Of a DNA stretch of 64,000 nucleotides, positions 46,793-64,000 are shown piece by piece. The first letter of the stretch is position 1. Each line of letters starts with the position of its first letter. Below the pieces are notes generated by a model. The model saw only the letters and a program-made list of their open reading frames with translations. It made no database searches and was not told the origin of the DNA. The position numbers and the translations under genes are program-made. Source of the DNA: Eledone cirrhosa (taxonomy: Eukaryota); the NCBI GenBank assembly GCA_964016885.1, contig OZ024754.1, forward strand, positions 23,064,001 to 23,128,000, read 5' to 3'.

Positions 46793-47285
46793 AGGTGTAA
46801 GTGCACTAAATCCCTTTATATCAATCTTCCCTCTCCTACCGACCACAGGGAGATATATGTATGTATATTGCTTCCACCCCCTCACTGACCAGCAGCTGGC
46901 CATTGCTAAATCTGACCTTTATAAAATAACCCACACCCCCAAATAACTTCTCATTCACTACCAGAAAGGCACACAGCAATCAACTAGCTGCTACCAAGAT
47001 GAAAACTACTATGAAATCCCACAATGAATTTTATACTTGAATTTTCAAATCTCAAATTTTAACTCTTCTTATTAATTTTTCTTAATATTAATCAACATTT
47101 GAAAAGATGGCTTTTGGCAGACCCATCGAAACCGGTCATTTTTTATAGCCTTTATTATTTCCTTACCTTATAAAATTATATGTTTTTTCACAAAAAAGTA
47201 TTCTGTCTCTTATATATTCCATGTGCCATTACCAACCTCAATTTTCTCTATAACCTTCGTTTTGTGTAGTAAATTACACTTTTCA
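46793..47285 (+). mobile_element. Probable solo pLTR with variant hammerhead at ~47095-47142
   Basis: TTGAAAA-GATGG-loop-CCATC-GAAA-CCGG-TC; stem I weak. Confidence 0.55.
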
Positions 47286-47309
47286 TATATATATATGTAT
47301 ATATATATG

Positions 47310-47364
<55 letters not shown>

Positions 47365-47389
47365 ATATATATATATATGTGTATATATA

Positions 47390-47420
<31 letters not shown>

Positions 47421-47495
47421 GTATATATATATATATGTATGTATATATATATATATATGTATATATATCTGTATATATATGTATATATATATATG

Positions 47496-47582
<87 letters not shown>

Positions 47583-47793
47583 GTATATATATATGTATAT
47601 ATATGTATATATATATATGTATATATATATGTATATATATGTATATATATATGTATATATATGTATATATATATATGTATATATATATGTATATATATAT
47701 ATGTATATATATATATGTATATATATATATGTACATATATATATGTATATATATATGTATATATATGTATATATATATGTATATATATATATG

Positions 47794-48825
<1,032 letters not shown>

Positions 48826-48842
48826 ATATATATATATATATA

Positions 48843-49488
48843 GAGAGAGAAAAATACTGCAGGTAGCACATGGATAACATGTAATAAAATAAGTCCCTCA
48901 TCAGTGATTTGCCGAAGATCATAGATATTTCATTGCATTAAAAATCATATATCTCACTTCGGTGCAATAATAACCAAAATAAGTTATTAGGACAATTAAA
49001 ACGCGTAAAGCGAGTGAGACAGGAGAACAACCGAAAGTATAGCATACCGTAGGGGATAGAAACAAGCTTCAAAAATTATTCTGTTTAGCATAAGCTAGGT
49101 GAATATATGAGCGCTTAGAGAATAGAACCTACACGAACGAGGGCTATGAGCAGAGAGAGAAAAATATAGCATTCGTGAGTGCAGGATGAAATGAAGAGAA
49201 GAGGGAGAAAAACAGTGAGTGAGTGAAAGTGTGAGGAAGAGTTAACGGACAAGACAGAGGGGAAGAAACAGAGAGAATGGGGGAACAGTAAGAGAGAGAG
49301 AAAAAAACACAGAATCGCAGTGGTAAATATATGTATTAAAATATAGAGAAAAATACTGCAGGTAGCACATGGATAACATGTAATAAAATAAGTCATTTGA
49401 TAAATCAGTGATTTGCCGAAGATCATAGATATTTCATTGCATTAAAAATCATATATCTCACTTCGGTGCAATAATAACCAAAATAAAT
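48843..49488 (-). mobile_element. Non-coding ~504-bp-period tandem element carrying the same rearranged hammerhead-like motif as 26005-26772
   Basis: 48845-48982 repeats at 49344-49486; motif aligns with 26657-26761. Confidence 0.78.
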
Positions 49489-49510
49489 ATATACATACAT
49501 ACATATATAT

Positions 49511-49574
<64 letters not shown>

Positions 49575-49591
49575 ATATATATGTATGTATG

Positions 49592-49623
<32 letters not shown>

Positions 49624-49781
49624 CGTATGTTTATATATGTATGTATATATATGTATGTGTATATATGTATATATATATATATGTATGTATATATACGTAT
49701 ATATATATGTATATATATGTATATATATGTATGTATGTATATATATGTATATATATATGTATATATATATATATATGTATG

Positions 49782-49894
<113 letters not shown>

Positions 49895-50057
49895 ATGTAT
49901 ATATATGTATATATATATGTATGGATATATATGTATGTATGTATGTATATATATATGTAAATATATATGTATATATATATGTATATATGTGTATATATAT
50001 ATGTATATATACATATATGTTTAAATATATATGTATATATGTATATATGTATATATG

Positions 50058-50088
<31 letters not shown>

Positions 50089-50099
50089 GTATATATATG

Positions 50100-50130
<31 letters not shown>

Positions 50131-50395
50131 GTATATATATATATGTATATATATGTATATACATATATATATATATACATATATACATATATACATATAT
50201 ACATATATATACATATATATGTATACATATATATGTATATATATATATGTATATATATATATGTGTATATATGTATATATATATATGTATATATAAATAT
50301 ATATATATGTGTATATATATATATATGTGTATATATATATATATGTGTATATATATATATATGTGTATATATATATATATGTGTATATATATATC

Positions 50396-50446
<51 letters not shown>

Positions 50447-50661
50447 ATATATATATATATGTATATATATATGTATATATATATGTATATATATGTATAT
50501 ATATATATATGTATATATATATGTATATATATATATGTATATATATATATGCATATATATATGTATATATATATATATGTATATATATATATGTATATAT
50601 ATATGTATATATATGTATATATATATGTATATATATATGTATATATATATATATGTATATA

Positions 50662-50705
<44 letters not shown>

Positions 50706-50791
50706 TGTATATATATATATGTATATATATATGTATATATATATGTATATATATATATGTATATATATATGTATATATATATATATATATG

Positions 50792-50962
50792 TATTCCACG
50801 TATTGCATGGAAACTTAGCTAAGAATAGACTTCCCTGATGACGAAAGGCTTCTCCGTACGTTTCTTCGGAAACTATGTTTATTCCCTTTCAGAAACTAAT
50901 TAGTTGGAGTGGAATTTTAGCAAGTAAGTTAATTTTATAATTTTCTTATTTTACGTCTCTCA
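50792..50962 (+). ncRNA. Isolated diverged copy of the long-stem-II hammerhead family
   Basis: CTGATGA (50835)-C-GAAAGG...GTTTC-TTCG-GAAAC...CCTTTC-A-GAAACTAATTAGTT-GGAGT. Confidence 0.75.
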
Positions 50963-51024
50963 TATGTATATATATATATATGTATATATATAAGTATATA
51001 TATATATATGTATATATATGTATG

Positions 51025-51063
<39 letters not shown>

Positions 51064-51082
51064 GTATGTATGTATATATATG

Positions 51083-51114
<32 letters not shown>

Positions 51115-51122
51115 TGTATATA

Positions 51123-51169
<47 letters not shown>

Positions 51170-51254
51170 GTATATATATGCATATATATATGCATGTATA
51201 TATATATGTATATATATATATATGTATATATATGTATATATATATATGTATATA

Positions 51255-51319
<65 letters not shown>

Positions 51320-51462
51320 GTATATATATGTATGTATATATATATATGTATATATATATGTATATATATATATATGTATATGTATATATATATATATGTA
51401 TATATATATATGTATATATATATATATGTATATATATATGTATATATATATGTATATATATG

Positions 51463-51493
<31 letters not shown>

Positions 51494-51546
51494 TTATGTA
51501 TGTATGTATATATATGGATGTATATATATATGTATATATATATATA

Positions 51547-51631
<85 letters not shown>

Positions 51632-51744
51632 GTATATATATGTATATATATATGTATATATATATGTATATATATATGTATATATAGATGTATATATATA
51701 TATGTATGTATATATATATATGTATATATATATATATGTATATA

Positions 51745-52992
51745 TAATAAAGAATTTATATCTAGTAACATATATATATATATACAAATGCATATTGATG
51801 CTAGCAAATATATAGGTTTTGTCTTAATAACATTGTGGTTCAATGCATGGGGTTGCAGAACAATAATATAAGAGACGTAAGATAGGAAAATTATAAAATT
51901 AACTTACTTACTAAAATATCACTTCCAACTAATTAGTTTCTAATTAATTTTATAATTTTCTTATCTTACGTCTCTTATATTATTGTTCTGCAACCCCATG
52001 CATTGAACCACAATGTTATTAAGACAAAACCTATATATTTGCTAGCATCAATATGCATTTGTATGTATATATATGTTACTAGATATAAATTCTTTATTAT
52101 TATCTCCAAAATATTTGTCGAGCAATATTGGCCATGACTGCTGCTACTGTAGTAGGCTGGCCGCTGTCTTATTAACAACCCACTTTCCACCGATTGACCT
52201 CGACGTCACGTGTTCGATTCTTTTTAAATTTTCCACGGACACAGAGGCAGTGATTTTCTCAATGGCTAGGAAGTAAGTCCACGCTTTGCTATTTTCTATT
52301 CACTGATTTATTTTTTAATAAGCTTCCAGTGTCCTCGCTTTGCCTGGAAAATTATATGAGAATTGACATTCCTGATGACGGGATGTTTCTTTACACCTTC
52401 TTCGGAAGATGTATCTACTCCATTCCAGAAACTAATTAGTTGGAAGTGATATTTTAGTAAGTAAGTTAATTTGATAATTTTCTTATCTTACGTCTCTTAT
52501 ATTATTGTTCTGCAACCCCATGCATTGAACCACAATGTTATTAAGACAAAACCTATATATTTGCTGGCATCAATATGCATTTGTATGTATATATATGTTA
52601 CTAGATATAAATTCTTTATTATTATCTCCAAAATATTTGTCGAGCAATACTGGCCATGACTGCTGCTACTGTAGTAGGCTGGCCGCTGTCTTATTAACAA
52701 CCCATTTTCCACCGATTGACCTCGACGTCACGTGTTCGATTCTTTTAGAATTTGCCACGGACACAGAGGCAGTGATTTTCTCAATGGCTAGGAAGTAAGT
52801 CCACGCTTTGCTATTTTCTATTCACTGATTTATTTTTTAATAAGCTTCCAGTGTCCTCGCTTTGCCTGGAAACTTATATGAGAATTGACTTTACTGATGA
52901 CGGGTCTACTCCATTCCATAAACTAATTAGTTGGAAGTGATATCTTAGTAAGTAAGTTAATTTTATAATTTTCTTATCTTACGTCTCTTATA
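51745..52992 (+). mobile_element. Retrozyme-like array, 522-bp tandem units with a 5' inverted piece (51745-51941); HHR core at 52372 intact, at 52894 decayed
   Basis: Direct repeats offset by 522 bp; inverted segment ends in the reverse complement of the HHR 3' half. Confidence 0.85.
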
Positions 52993-55806
<2,814 letters not shown>

Positions 55807-56621
55807 AGTGTCCTCGCTATGCCTGGAGACCTATACGGAAAAAGACTTTCCTGATGACGGAATGATTTTCGATGTGTTTCTTCGGAAAATATATTTACTC
55901 CATTCCAGAAACTAATTAGTTGGAAGTGATTTTTTAGTAAGTAAGTTAATTTTATAATTTTCTTATTCTACGTCTCTCATATTATTGTTCTGCAACCCCA
56001 TGCATTGAACTACATTGTTAATAAGACAAAACCTATATATTTGCTAGCATTGATGTGCATCTGTGTGTATATAAATGTTACTAGATATACATTCCTTATA
56101 ATTATCTCCAATTCATTTGTCGAGCAATATTTGGCCATGACTGCTACTATGGTAGTAAGCTGGCCGCTGTCTTAATAACCACTCGCTTTCCACTGATTGA
56201 CCTCGATGTCACGTGATTGATTCTTTTTGAATTTGCCACAGACGAGGAGGCAGTGATTTTCTCAATGGCTTGGAATCCAGTCCACGCTTTGCTATTTCCA
56301 TTCCACTGAATTATTTTTTTAATAAGTTTCCATTGTCCTCGCTATGCCTGGAGACCTATACGGAAAAAGACTTTCCTGATGACGGAATGATTTTCTGTGT
56401 GTTTCTTCGGAAAATATATTTACTCCATTCCAGAAACTAATTAGTTGGAAGTGATTTTTTAGTAAGTAAGTTAATTTTATAATTTTCTTATTTTACGTCT
56501 CTCATATTATTGTTCTGCAACCCAATGCATTGAACCACATTGTTAATAAGACAAAACCTATATATTTGCTAGCATTGATGTGCATCTGTGTGTATATAAA
56601 TGTTACTAGATATAAATTCCT

Positions 56622-56622
<1 letters not shown>
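55807..56622 (+). mobile_element. Second subfamily of the same retrozyme-like element, 525-bp period, HHR cores at 55851 and 56376
   Basis: 55810-56098 repeats at 56335-56622; homologous to the 522-bp unit. Confidence 0.85.
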
Positions 56623-56658
<36 letters not shown>

Positions 56659-56697
56659 GTATCTATATGTATATATATATATATGTATATATATATG

Positions 56698-56728
<31 letters not shown>

Positions 56729-58094
56729 GTATATATATACATATATAGGTATTGAAGTTTCCCTTGAAAACAGAAAAAGTCATAGGAGTGAAGAGTGCTC
56801 TATGTAAGTACCAGAGCAAAATTTAATGTATAAAAACCAATACAATATAATTACCTCATTACCAGAGGTTTCCCGAATAAAGCGAATACGAAAGAAACGT
56901 CTTCATTCGTTCATCGGACCAGGCAATATAAAACATAGCTAAATATTTGAAAAGTCTCCTCAAGAAATGCAAAAAAAAAATATAGATGAAGGCAATACCA
57001 TTGACATATAAAATATATAAAAAATGTTAAGAAATATAGTTAGGTGTGTGTATATGTATGTATATACACTCACAGATGTACATATGTATGTATGTACAAA
57101 TGTGTGTGTATAGTGAAAATGTGTGCGTAAATATATTTATGAATGTAAGTATATCTGTGTATATGTAACTACAGACACAGACATGATATGAGTGTCCGGT
57201 TGACAGGCATACAGAAAAACAGGGTATTAGATACATTATAAGAATATGAAGGCACGCGTATAAACACACACACACGCGCGTACACTTATATGCGGAAGAA
57301 AAAGAGGTAAGGGAGTGTAATAGTAAAAAGAAAGTATCATTCTCGATATATTCATAAAAATGGAACAATAATTTAGAAAGAAAAATTGCGAAGTAAAGAA
57401 AAGAAAACAAACAAGGTACACGCGTACATACACACATATATCTATAAGAAACGTATATCTATAAAATATATATATATACACGCAAAACGTGCAAACAAAA
57501 GCGTATGCAAGTAAACATACACACACAGGATGCACATATATATATACATACACCTCGCCCCATGTATATCTAATCACGCGTACGTACGCGACTGTATACA
57601 CACACACACACACACACACATAAATATATACATACATATATACATACGCACACTTACACATCCATACATTCAGTACGTACACACACACGCACACACACAC
57701 ACATACATACACTCACGCACGTTGACCCGCTTACATGCACACACATAAAAATAAGAATGTAAAAAAACATAGATGTAAAAACACATATAAAAACACACAT
57801 ACATACACATATATATATACATGCACGCGCGCGCACATACGGAGGCGTTCGTGTACATATACAGAAAGTATACACACATAAAGACGCTCAGACACATAGA
57901 TACAGGGTGTAAAAACAGCCTTGTGAATAAGTGAGTACAAATATAAAAATATAAAATTGGCTGCGAAATAACAGAAAATGTCTGGAGTGGAAAACGCAAG
58001 TGACATGTGTAATCAGGTAGTGAAGAAAATAGGGAAGTAAAAAGTGGAAAGTGAAGATATTAGGTAAGTGAATCGGAGAATAAAGGGGGGGGGG

Positions 58095-58297
58095 TTTAGT
58101 GGTGGATGTGAAGTAAAAATAAAAATAAAAATAAAAATAAAAATAAAAATAAAAATAAAAATAAAAATAAAAATAAAAATAAAAATAAAAATAAAAATAA
58201 AAATAAAAATAAAAATAAAAATAAAAATAAAAATAAAAATAAAAATAAAAATAAAAATAAAAATAAAAATAAAAATAAAAATAAAAATAAAAATAAA
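58095..58297. repeat. (AAAAAT)n hexanucleotide microsatellite in the PLE 3'UTR
   Basis: Perfect tandem repeat. Confidence 0.97.
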
Positions 58298-58368
58298 CAT
58301 GAAATTAATAATAAGGTTAAAAATGAAAGTAAATCAGTAAAGGTAGTCTTAAAGAGAATAATAAGAGC

Positions 58369-60220
58369 TTATGGAGGATAAGTATCTGAAAGTGTGTTAA
58401 GTTTATATGAGCTGGAAAGCAGGTGTGATTTCATGTGTGGACAACTGGTGAAAATTTCTGTCTTTGTGTTTAGGCAGGTCTTTGGTGATTTAAGGTTTTG
58501 CAAAATCCAATATTTTTCATTTATGCAGAGCGTGCATTTTCTTGTCCCTCTTGCATATTCTTTAGATGGGTTCAAAATTGACCAATCCAATTTATATTGG
58601 ATACCTTGGTCTTTCAAATCCCATATTCTGCTAGCCAGAGCTGTTGTAAATCTTTTTTCTGGATGTCGAAAGGATGCGACATGTGAGTAATAACGCGTTT
58701 TGAATTTGTCTTGCGTCAAACCCACATATCGTTCACTGGTGGCTGGTTGGTTGTTGCTGATGGTTGTCACTTTAGCCGCATATACAATGGCTTTGGTGTT
58801 GCATCTACCTTGTAATTTTGGTGTTGGATTTACCTTGTAATTTTGGAGGGCTTTATTATAGTAGGGGGATGCCTTATTGAAAATAGCTTCTGAGGAAGAG
58901 AGGGTGGATATCCTACGGCTAATATTAGGGATAAGGTTTTTAAAAACTATAGGAGGATGGCAAGAGCCTTTATTTATATATTTTAAGTTTTCATTAGGTT
59001 TATGGTATGGTTTATAAGAAGCAGTAGGCAAATCTAGGTTTATATCTAGGAAATTTACATTGGAAAGGTTAGTGTCAATAGTAATTTTAAGATTAAAACT
59101 AGCAAAGGTTTTTATTAAGTCTTTCCTTAATCTATCTAAGTTATGGCCTCTGGTGGTATGGGAAAGTATTAGACCATCGTCGCGATAAAGCCCAAAAATA
59201 TGGTTAGGGAATTTTTCTTTAAGTGTGTGTAGGAGGAATAGGCCGACTAAATCACAAACATCAGCACTATCATAAGAGCCCATTGAGACATCGAATGGGC
59301 TCTATGGGTTAGATATTTTTACTCAAGTGTCATTATCAGTAAAGAGTAGAGTGTTTCTAGCGTGCAAGATGACATTCTCTTCAATATCAGAGATATTGGT
59401 AAACTTTCTAGCTAAATTTAAAGCTTTCGCTAAAAGAGTCTGAGTGATAGATGGGTAGAAATCTACAATGTCAAATTGGGTAAATCTAGAACTATTTTAT
59501 TTTTTAATTTTATTAAACCAATGAATTACGGAAGAGCTATTTATCTATTGGAGTAATTTAGACTTACTTCTAATGTGTGTATTTATATTATTTAAAATTT
59601 TTTTGCTGGCAAGACCAATATCAGTCTTAGCAGGGTTGATTAATCTACAACTAGGACGATTAATAAAGTCGGGTTTGTGATCTTTAAGGGTGATATATGC
59701 ATTACGTTTAGCAAGTTTTTCTGTCCTATTATCTATTTTTAAAGAAACAGCTAATTCTTTAGCTTCCTTATTTATATTATGATACGTGTTTATATTAGCT
59801 ATTTGATATTTAGAGGTGATATTATCTATTAATAGTTGGTCGTGAAAATTATTGTTAACTTCATAGGTTTTTAGTTTTGTCGGAGAGAATGAACTTATTA
59901 TTAGAAGATTTGAATGTTGAAATATCATTAGATAGTTTAGATTGAAAAGGGTTAGAGTACTTACGAAAAATGATATTGTTGATTAGGTTAACTAGGTCTA
60001 GTTCAAAAGCGGTCATATCTTTTACTCTTTGCGGGTATTTATGAGTTTTGATGTCAACATATTCCGTAGAATCTGTGTTAAAGTGTCCATCGAGAATCAA
60101 AGCTTTCCATCTCATTCTTTTAACAACCTTCTCTACTTTGTCTATCAGCATTTTCGTGTAGAGAGTGTTAGAAGGTGTTGGGATATTCTTAATAGAGTAA
60201 TCCAAAGGGTATTTATCCAT
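58369..60220 (-). pseudogene. Disrupted PLE RT-GIY-YIG ORF
   Basis: YSIKNIP, SDKTKN, LKDHK..F...P.CRLINP, QFDIVDFYPSI, MGSYDSADVCDLVG, GLYRDDG, YVGLT..FKTRYYSH, CTLC..E; frameshift, stops and a linker deletion. Confidence 0.92.
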
Positions 60221-61767
60221 GTTCAGTATTGGTTTAAAATCCTATTGACTGAAGAGTGCTCGACTTTAAAGGGCTGGAAGGTGCCAATCTCATAAAGATG
60301 TAGAATATGCTGCGATCATTCCCTTGGGAGCTGTATAAGTATTGAAGTTTCCGTTGAAAACAGAAAAAGTCATAGGAGTGAAGAGTGCTCTATGTAAGTA
60401 CCAGAGCAAAATTTAATGTATAAGAAACAATACAATATAATTACCTCATTACCAGAGGTTTCCCGAATAAGGCGAATACGAAAGAAACGTCTTCATTCAT
60501 TCGTCGGACGAGGCAATATAAAACATAGCTAAATATTTGGAAAGTCTCTTCAAGAAATGCAAAAAAAATTATATAAATATAGATGAAGGTAATACAATAG
60601 ACATATAAAATATATAAAAAAATGTTTAAGAAATATAGTTAGGTGTGTGTATATGTATGTATATACACTCACAGATGTACATATGTATGTACAAATGTGT
60701 GTGTATAGTGAAAATGTGTGCGTAAATATATATATGAGGGTAAGTATATCTGTGTATATGTAACTACAGACACAGACATGATATGTGTGTTTTTATATAT
60801 GTGTTTTTACATCTATGTTTTTTTACATTCTTATTTTTATGTGTGTGCATGTAAGCGGGTCAACGCGCGTGAGTGTATGTATGTGTGCGTGTGTGTGTAC
60901 GTACTGAATGTATGGATGTGTAAGTGTGCGTATGTATATATGTATGTATATATTTATGTGTGTGTATGTGTGTATACAGTCGCGTACGTACGCGTGATTA
61001 GATATACATGGGGCGAGGTGTATGTATATATATATATGTGCATCCTGTGTGTGTATGTATACTTGCATACGCTTTTGTTTGCACGTTTTGCGTGTATATA
61101 TATATATTTTATAGATATACGTTTCTTATAGATATATGTGTGTATGTACGCGTGTACCTTGTTTGTTTTCTTTTCTTTACTTCGCAATTTTTCTTTCTAA
61201 ATTATTGTTCCATTTTTATGAATATATCGAGAATGATACTTTCTTTTTACTATTACACTCCCTTACCTCTTTTTCTTCCGCATATAAGTGTACGCGCGTG
61301 TGTGTGTGTTTATACGCGTGCCTTCATATTCTTATAATGTATCTAATACCCTGTTTTTCTGTATACCTGTCAACCGGACACTCATATCATGTCTGTGTCT
61401 GTAGTTACATATACACAGATATACTTACCCTCATATATATATTTACGCACTCATTTTCACTATACACACACATTTGTACATACATACATATGTACATCTG
61501 TGAGTGTATATACATACATATACACACACCTAACTATATTTCTTAACATTTTTTATATATTTTATATGTCAATGGTATTACCTTCATCTATATTTATATA
61601 ATTTTTTTGCATTTCTTGAGGAGACTTTCCAAATATTTAGCTATGTCTTATATTGCCTCGTCCGACGAACGAATGAAGACGTTTCTTTCGTATTCGCCTT
61701 ATTCGGGAAACCTGGTAATGAGGTAATTATATTGTATTGTTTTTTATACATTATATATATATATATG

Positions 61768-61818
<51 letters not shown>

Positions 61819-61822
61819 GTAT

Positions 61823-62935
61823 GTACTATATTATATTTAGAGATTAAACTCATAGTCGTTTACAATTAATCAGCTGAAAGAAAGAGGCATTTCTGAGCAG
61901 TGAAATACAAGTTATATATTAATATATATGATAAACACAAAACGGGTTTGTATTGTAAGAGACAAAGTTAGCTAGCATGAAATAAACTAATTAAAGTGAA
62001 TACAATTTGTCTGTCTCGATATAAGTCAATAAAGACAAGCTTATATTGGCAAAAGCCGTGATTCCTGGACAAATTTAAATTTCAAAATCCAATCTTTCAA
62101 ATGAAAGTAGATGAATTTGAACTTCGAAACCCAAATATGTTTCGCAACGATGGTACATGAATTGAAAAATAAAGAGAATCGAAATGGAATTGAAATAAAA
62201 AGTGAAATATCCAAATCTTCTGTGCTTATCAACAATAAGCTTGTCTTTATTGACTTATATCGAGACAGACAAATTGTATTCACTTTAATTAGTTTATTTC
62301 ATGCTAGCTAACTTTGTCTCTTACAATACAAACACGTTTTGTGTTCATCATATATATTAATATATAACTTGTATTTCACTGCTCAGAAATGCCTCTTTCT
62401 TTGAGCTGATTAATTGTAAACGACTATGAGTTTAATCTCTAAATATAATATAGTATATTGCTCCTTAACTGTAGAGCTGATCTTTAATCCCGTATAAACG
62501 TCTGTTATTTCTAGCACTGGGAATACGGGATGGCTAGTATAGTTGGCTACACTACGTGTAATCAGACCTGCAAAATTTTTGAAGGTGGAATGTACTAATT
62601 TTACTGGATTCCTGTTGATAAGCACAGAAGATTTGGATATTTCACTTTTTATTTCAATTCCACTTCGATTCTCTTTATTTTTCAATTCATGTACCATCGT
62701 TGCGAAACATATTTGGGTTTCGAAGTTCAAATACATCTACGGAGCGGGTTTGGATTTTGAAATTTAAATTTGTCCAGGAATCACGGCTTTTGCCAATATA
62801 GGCTTGTCTTTATTGACTTATATCGAGACAGACAAATTGTATTCACTTTAATTAGTTTATTTCATGCTAGCTAACTTTGTCTCTTACAATACAAACACGT
62901 TTTGTGTTTATCATATATATTAATATATAACTTGT
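61823..62935. repeat. Unclassified non-coding element: ~563-bp tandem unit plus inverted copy
   Basis: 62238-62372 repeats at 62801-62935; 61823-62233 is the reverse complement of a junction-spanning part of the unit. Confidence 0.75.
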
Positions 62936-64000
62936 ATATATGTATGTATGTATATATATGTATGTACGTATGTTTATATATCTATGTATATATATGTATA
63001 TATATATATGTATGTATATATACGTATATATATATGTATATATATGTATGTATGTATATATATGTATATATATATATGTCTACAGATGAAAAATGATTTA
63101 ATCTAGTAACGCTGTTGAGCAGTAGGACCAGGCTGCTGAGCGCAGTGAGTGAATGCATTGCAACTGCCGTGCGGGTTGTACATATATGGATGATCTGACG
63201 GTCAGAGAGGGGTCGCGAGGACTGCGGATTGACCTCTGGCCGGCCTGGGGATGATTATCTTTCGACATCCAATGTAGCAAGCGATGACCCAGAACTTACC
63301 AGAGATCATTGGGTCCTGAAGCAATCCTGCAATCACCGCGCCTGGTCCTATGAGTAGACTACAACCACAGAGATCATTAATTTAGAATCCGCGCTCATCA
63401 TCTATAATTTCCATTTGTGGCACCTTACGATGGGTTAATCCTCCATAATAATATGATCACCTTCAGCATAACTTAATTAAACCACTCTATAGTTAATACA
63501 CTTTATGCTTTAAACATTTTCTTGGAGGATGCGCATCACCATAGAAATTAGGGTCTATATTGTGACACATTTTAATAGCTAGGTATAGAAACCCCGGAGT
63601 TACCTCCCCGCATGCATTAACTCCCCTTAGCCACACACACACTTCCGGGTGGTATTCAATGGCGTTTCTCGAAACGTAACAGCCTCCTGTATTGAACTAA
63701 AGAACACCAGACTACGATCTCTAACTGGATTGTCAAATGCTCAATATCGGATTGTCGTGGATTATATGAGGGGCATATAATCGAAAAATACACTCCCCTG
63801 ACCATGAAAATGCCGAAGTACATGAAATACTTGACATCCCTTCGCTGTGCATCTCCAATACTTTTAACATTTTTAATGCTTGCACTATTTTTAATGCTTA
63901 TAACATTTCTCCACACACAGACTATATCAATCATATAAAGAATTTGCCACCAGATCTACCAACCTAACACTCTTGTTTACCTACCTAAGTGCCTCTACCA

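Larger units (their letters stand above)
56749..61753 (-). mobile_element. Naiad-type PLE 'E': 3' pLTR, degenerate ORF, tandem 5' pLTR (60339-60780), inverted pLTR (60781-61753)
   Basis: 56749-57190 is repeated at 60339-60780; 60781-61753 is the reverse complement of ~56825-57800. Confidence 0.92.

Noticed and set aside
56848-56920. Hammerhead in element E pLTR (long stem, GAAA-CCTC...GAGG-TA on the minus strand)
   Set aside because: No CUGANGA strand or stem I could be placed
58013-58340. IF/IK repeat proteins
   Set aside because: Translations of the (AAAAAT)n microsatellite
59323-59547. In-frame stops in Naiad element E as selenocysteine codons (some Naiads encode selenoproteins)
   Set aside because: The TGA at 59323-59325 and TAG at 59545-59547 align with Trp positions in element B, so they are ordinary TGG decay; frameshifts are also present
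63490-63934. Short minus-strand ORFs near the window end
   Set aside because: No recognisable motif; frames are short and interrupted

Overview
Eukaryotic, gene-free, almost entirely repeat-derived DNA. A tRNA-type SINE at ~14.9 kb resembles the abundant octopod SINE, so an octopus-like cephalopod is my inference. Long degenerate (TA)n/(TATG)n tracts separate a dense set of mobile elements, nearly all flanked by (TA)n. These are Penelope-like elements (Naiad-type and Neptune-like, one almost intact), CR1-group LINEs (one intact 1006-aa APE-RT ORF2), RTE fragments and derivatives, an internally deleted Helitron, and several small non-coding tandem+inverted elements carrying hammerhead ribozyme (HHR) motifs (retrozyme-like). 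Most notable: (1) two diverged non-coding families share a covarying RNA motif with all HHR core strands in a non-canonical order (NUH, GAAA, CUGAUGA), predicting a pseudoknotted 'cage' or dimer hammerhead. (2) A LINE copy has clustered sense-strand A-to-G changes resembling ADAR hyper-editing fixed by reverse transcription. (3) A ~522-bp retrozyme family has a long UUCG-capped stem II. (4) A U-UUU-UUA -1 frameshift signal joins LINE ORF1 and ORF2. All folds and clade calls were made by eye and need computational or biochemical confirmation. The many Ile/Tyr-rich ORFs are microsatellite artefacts.
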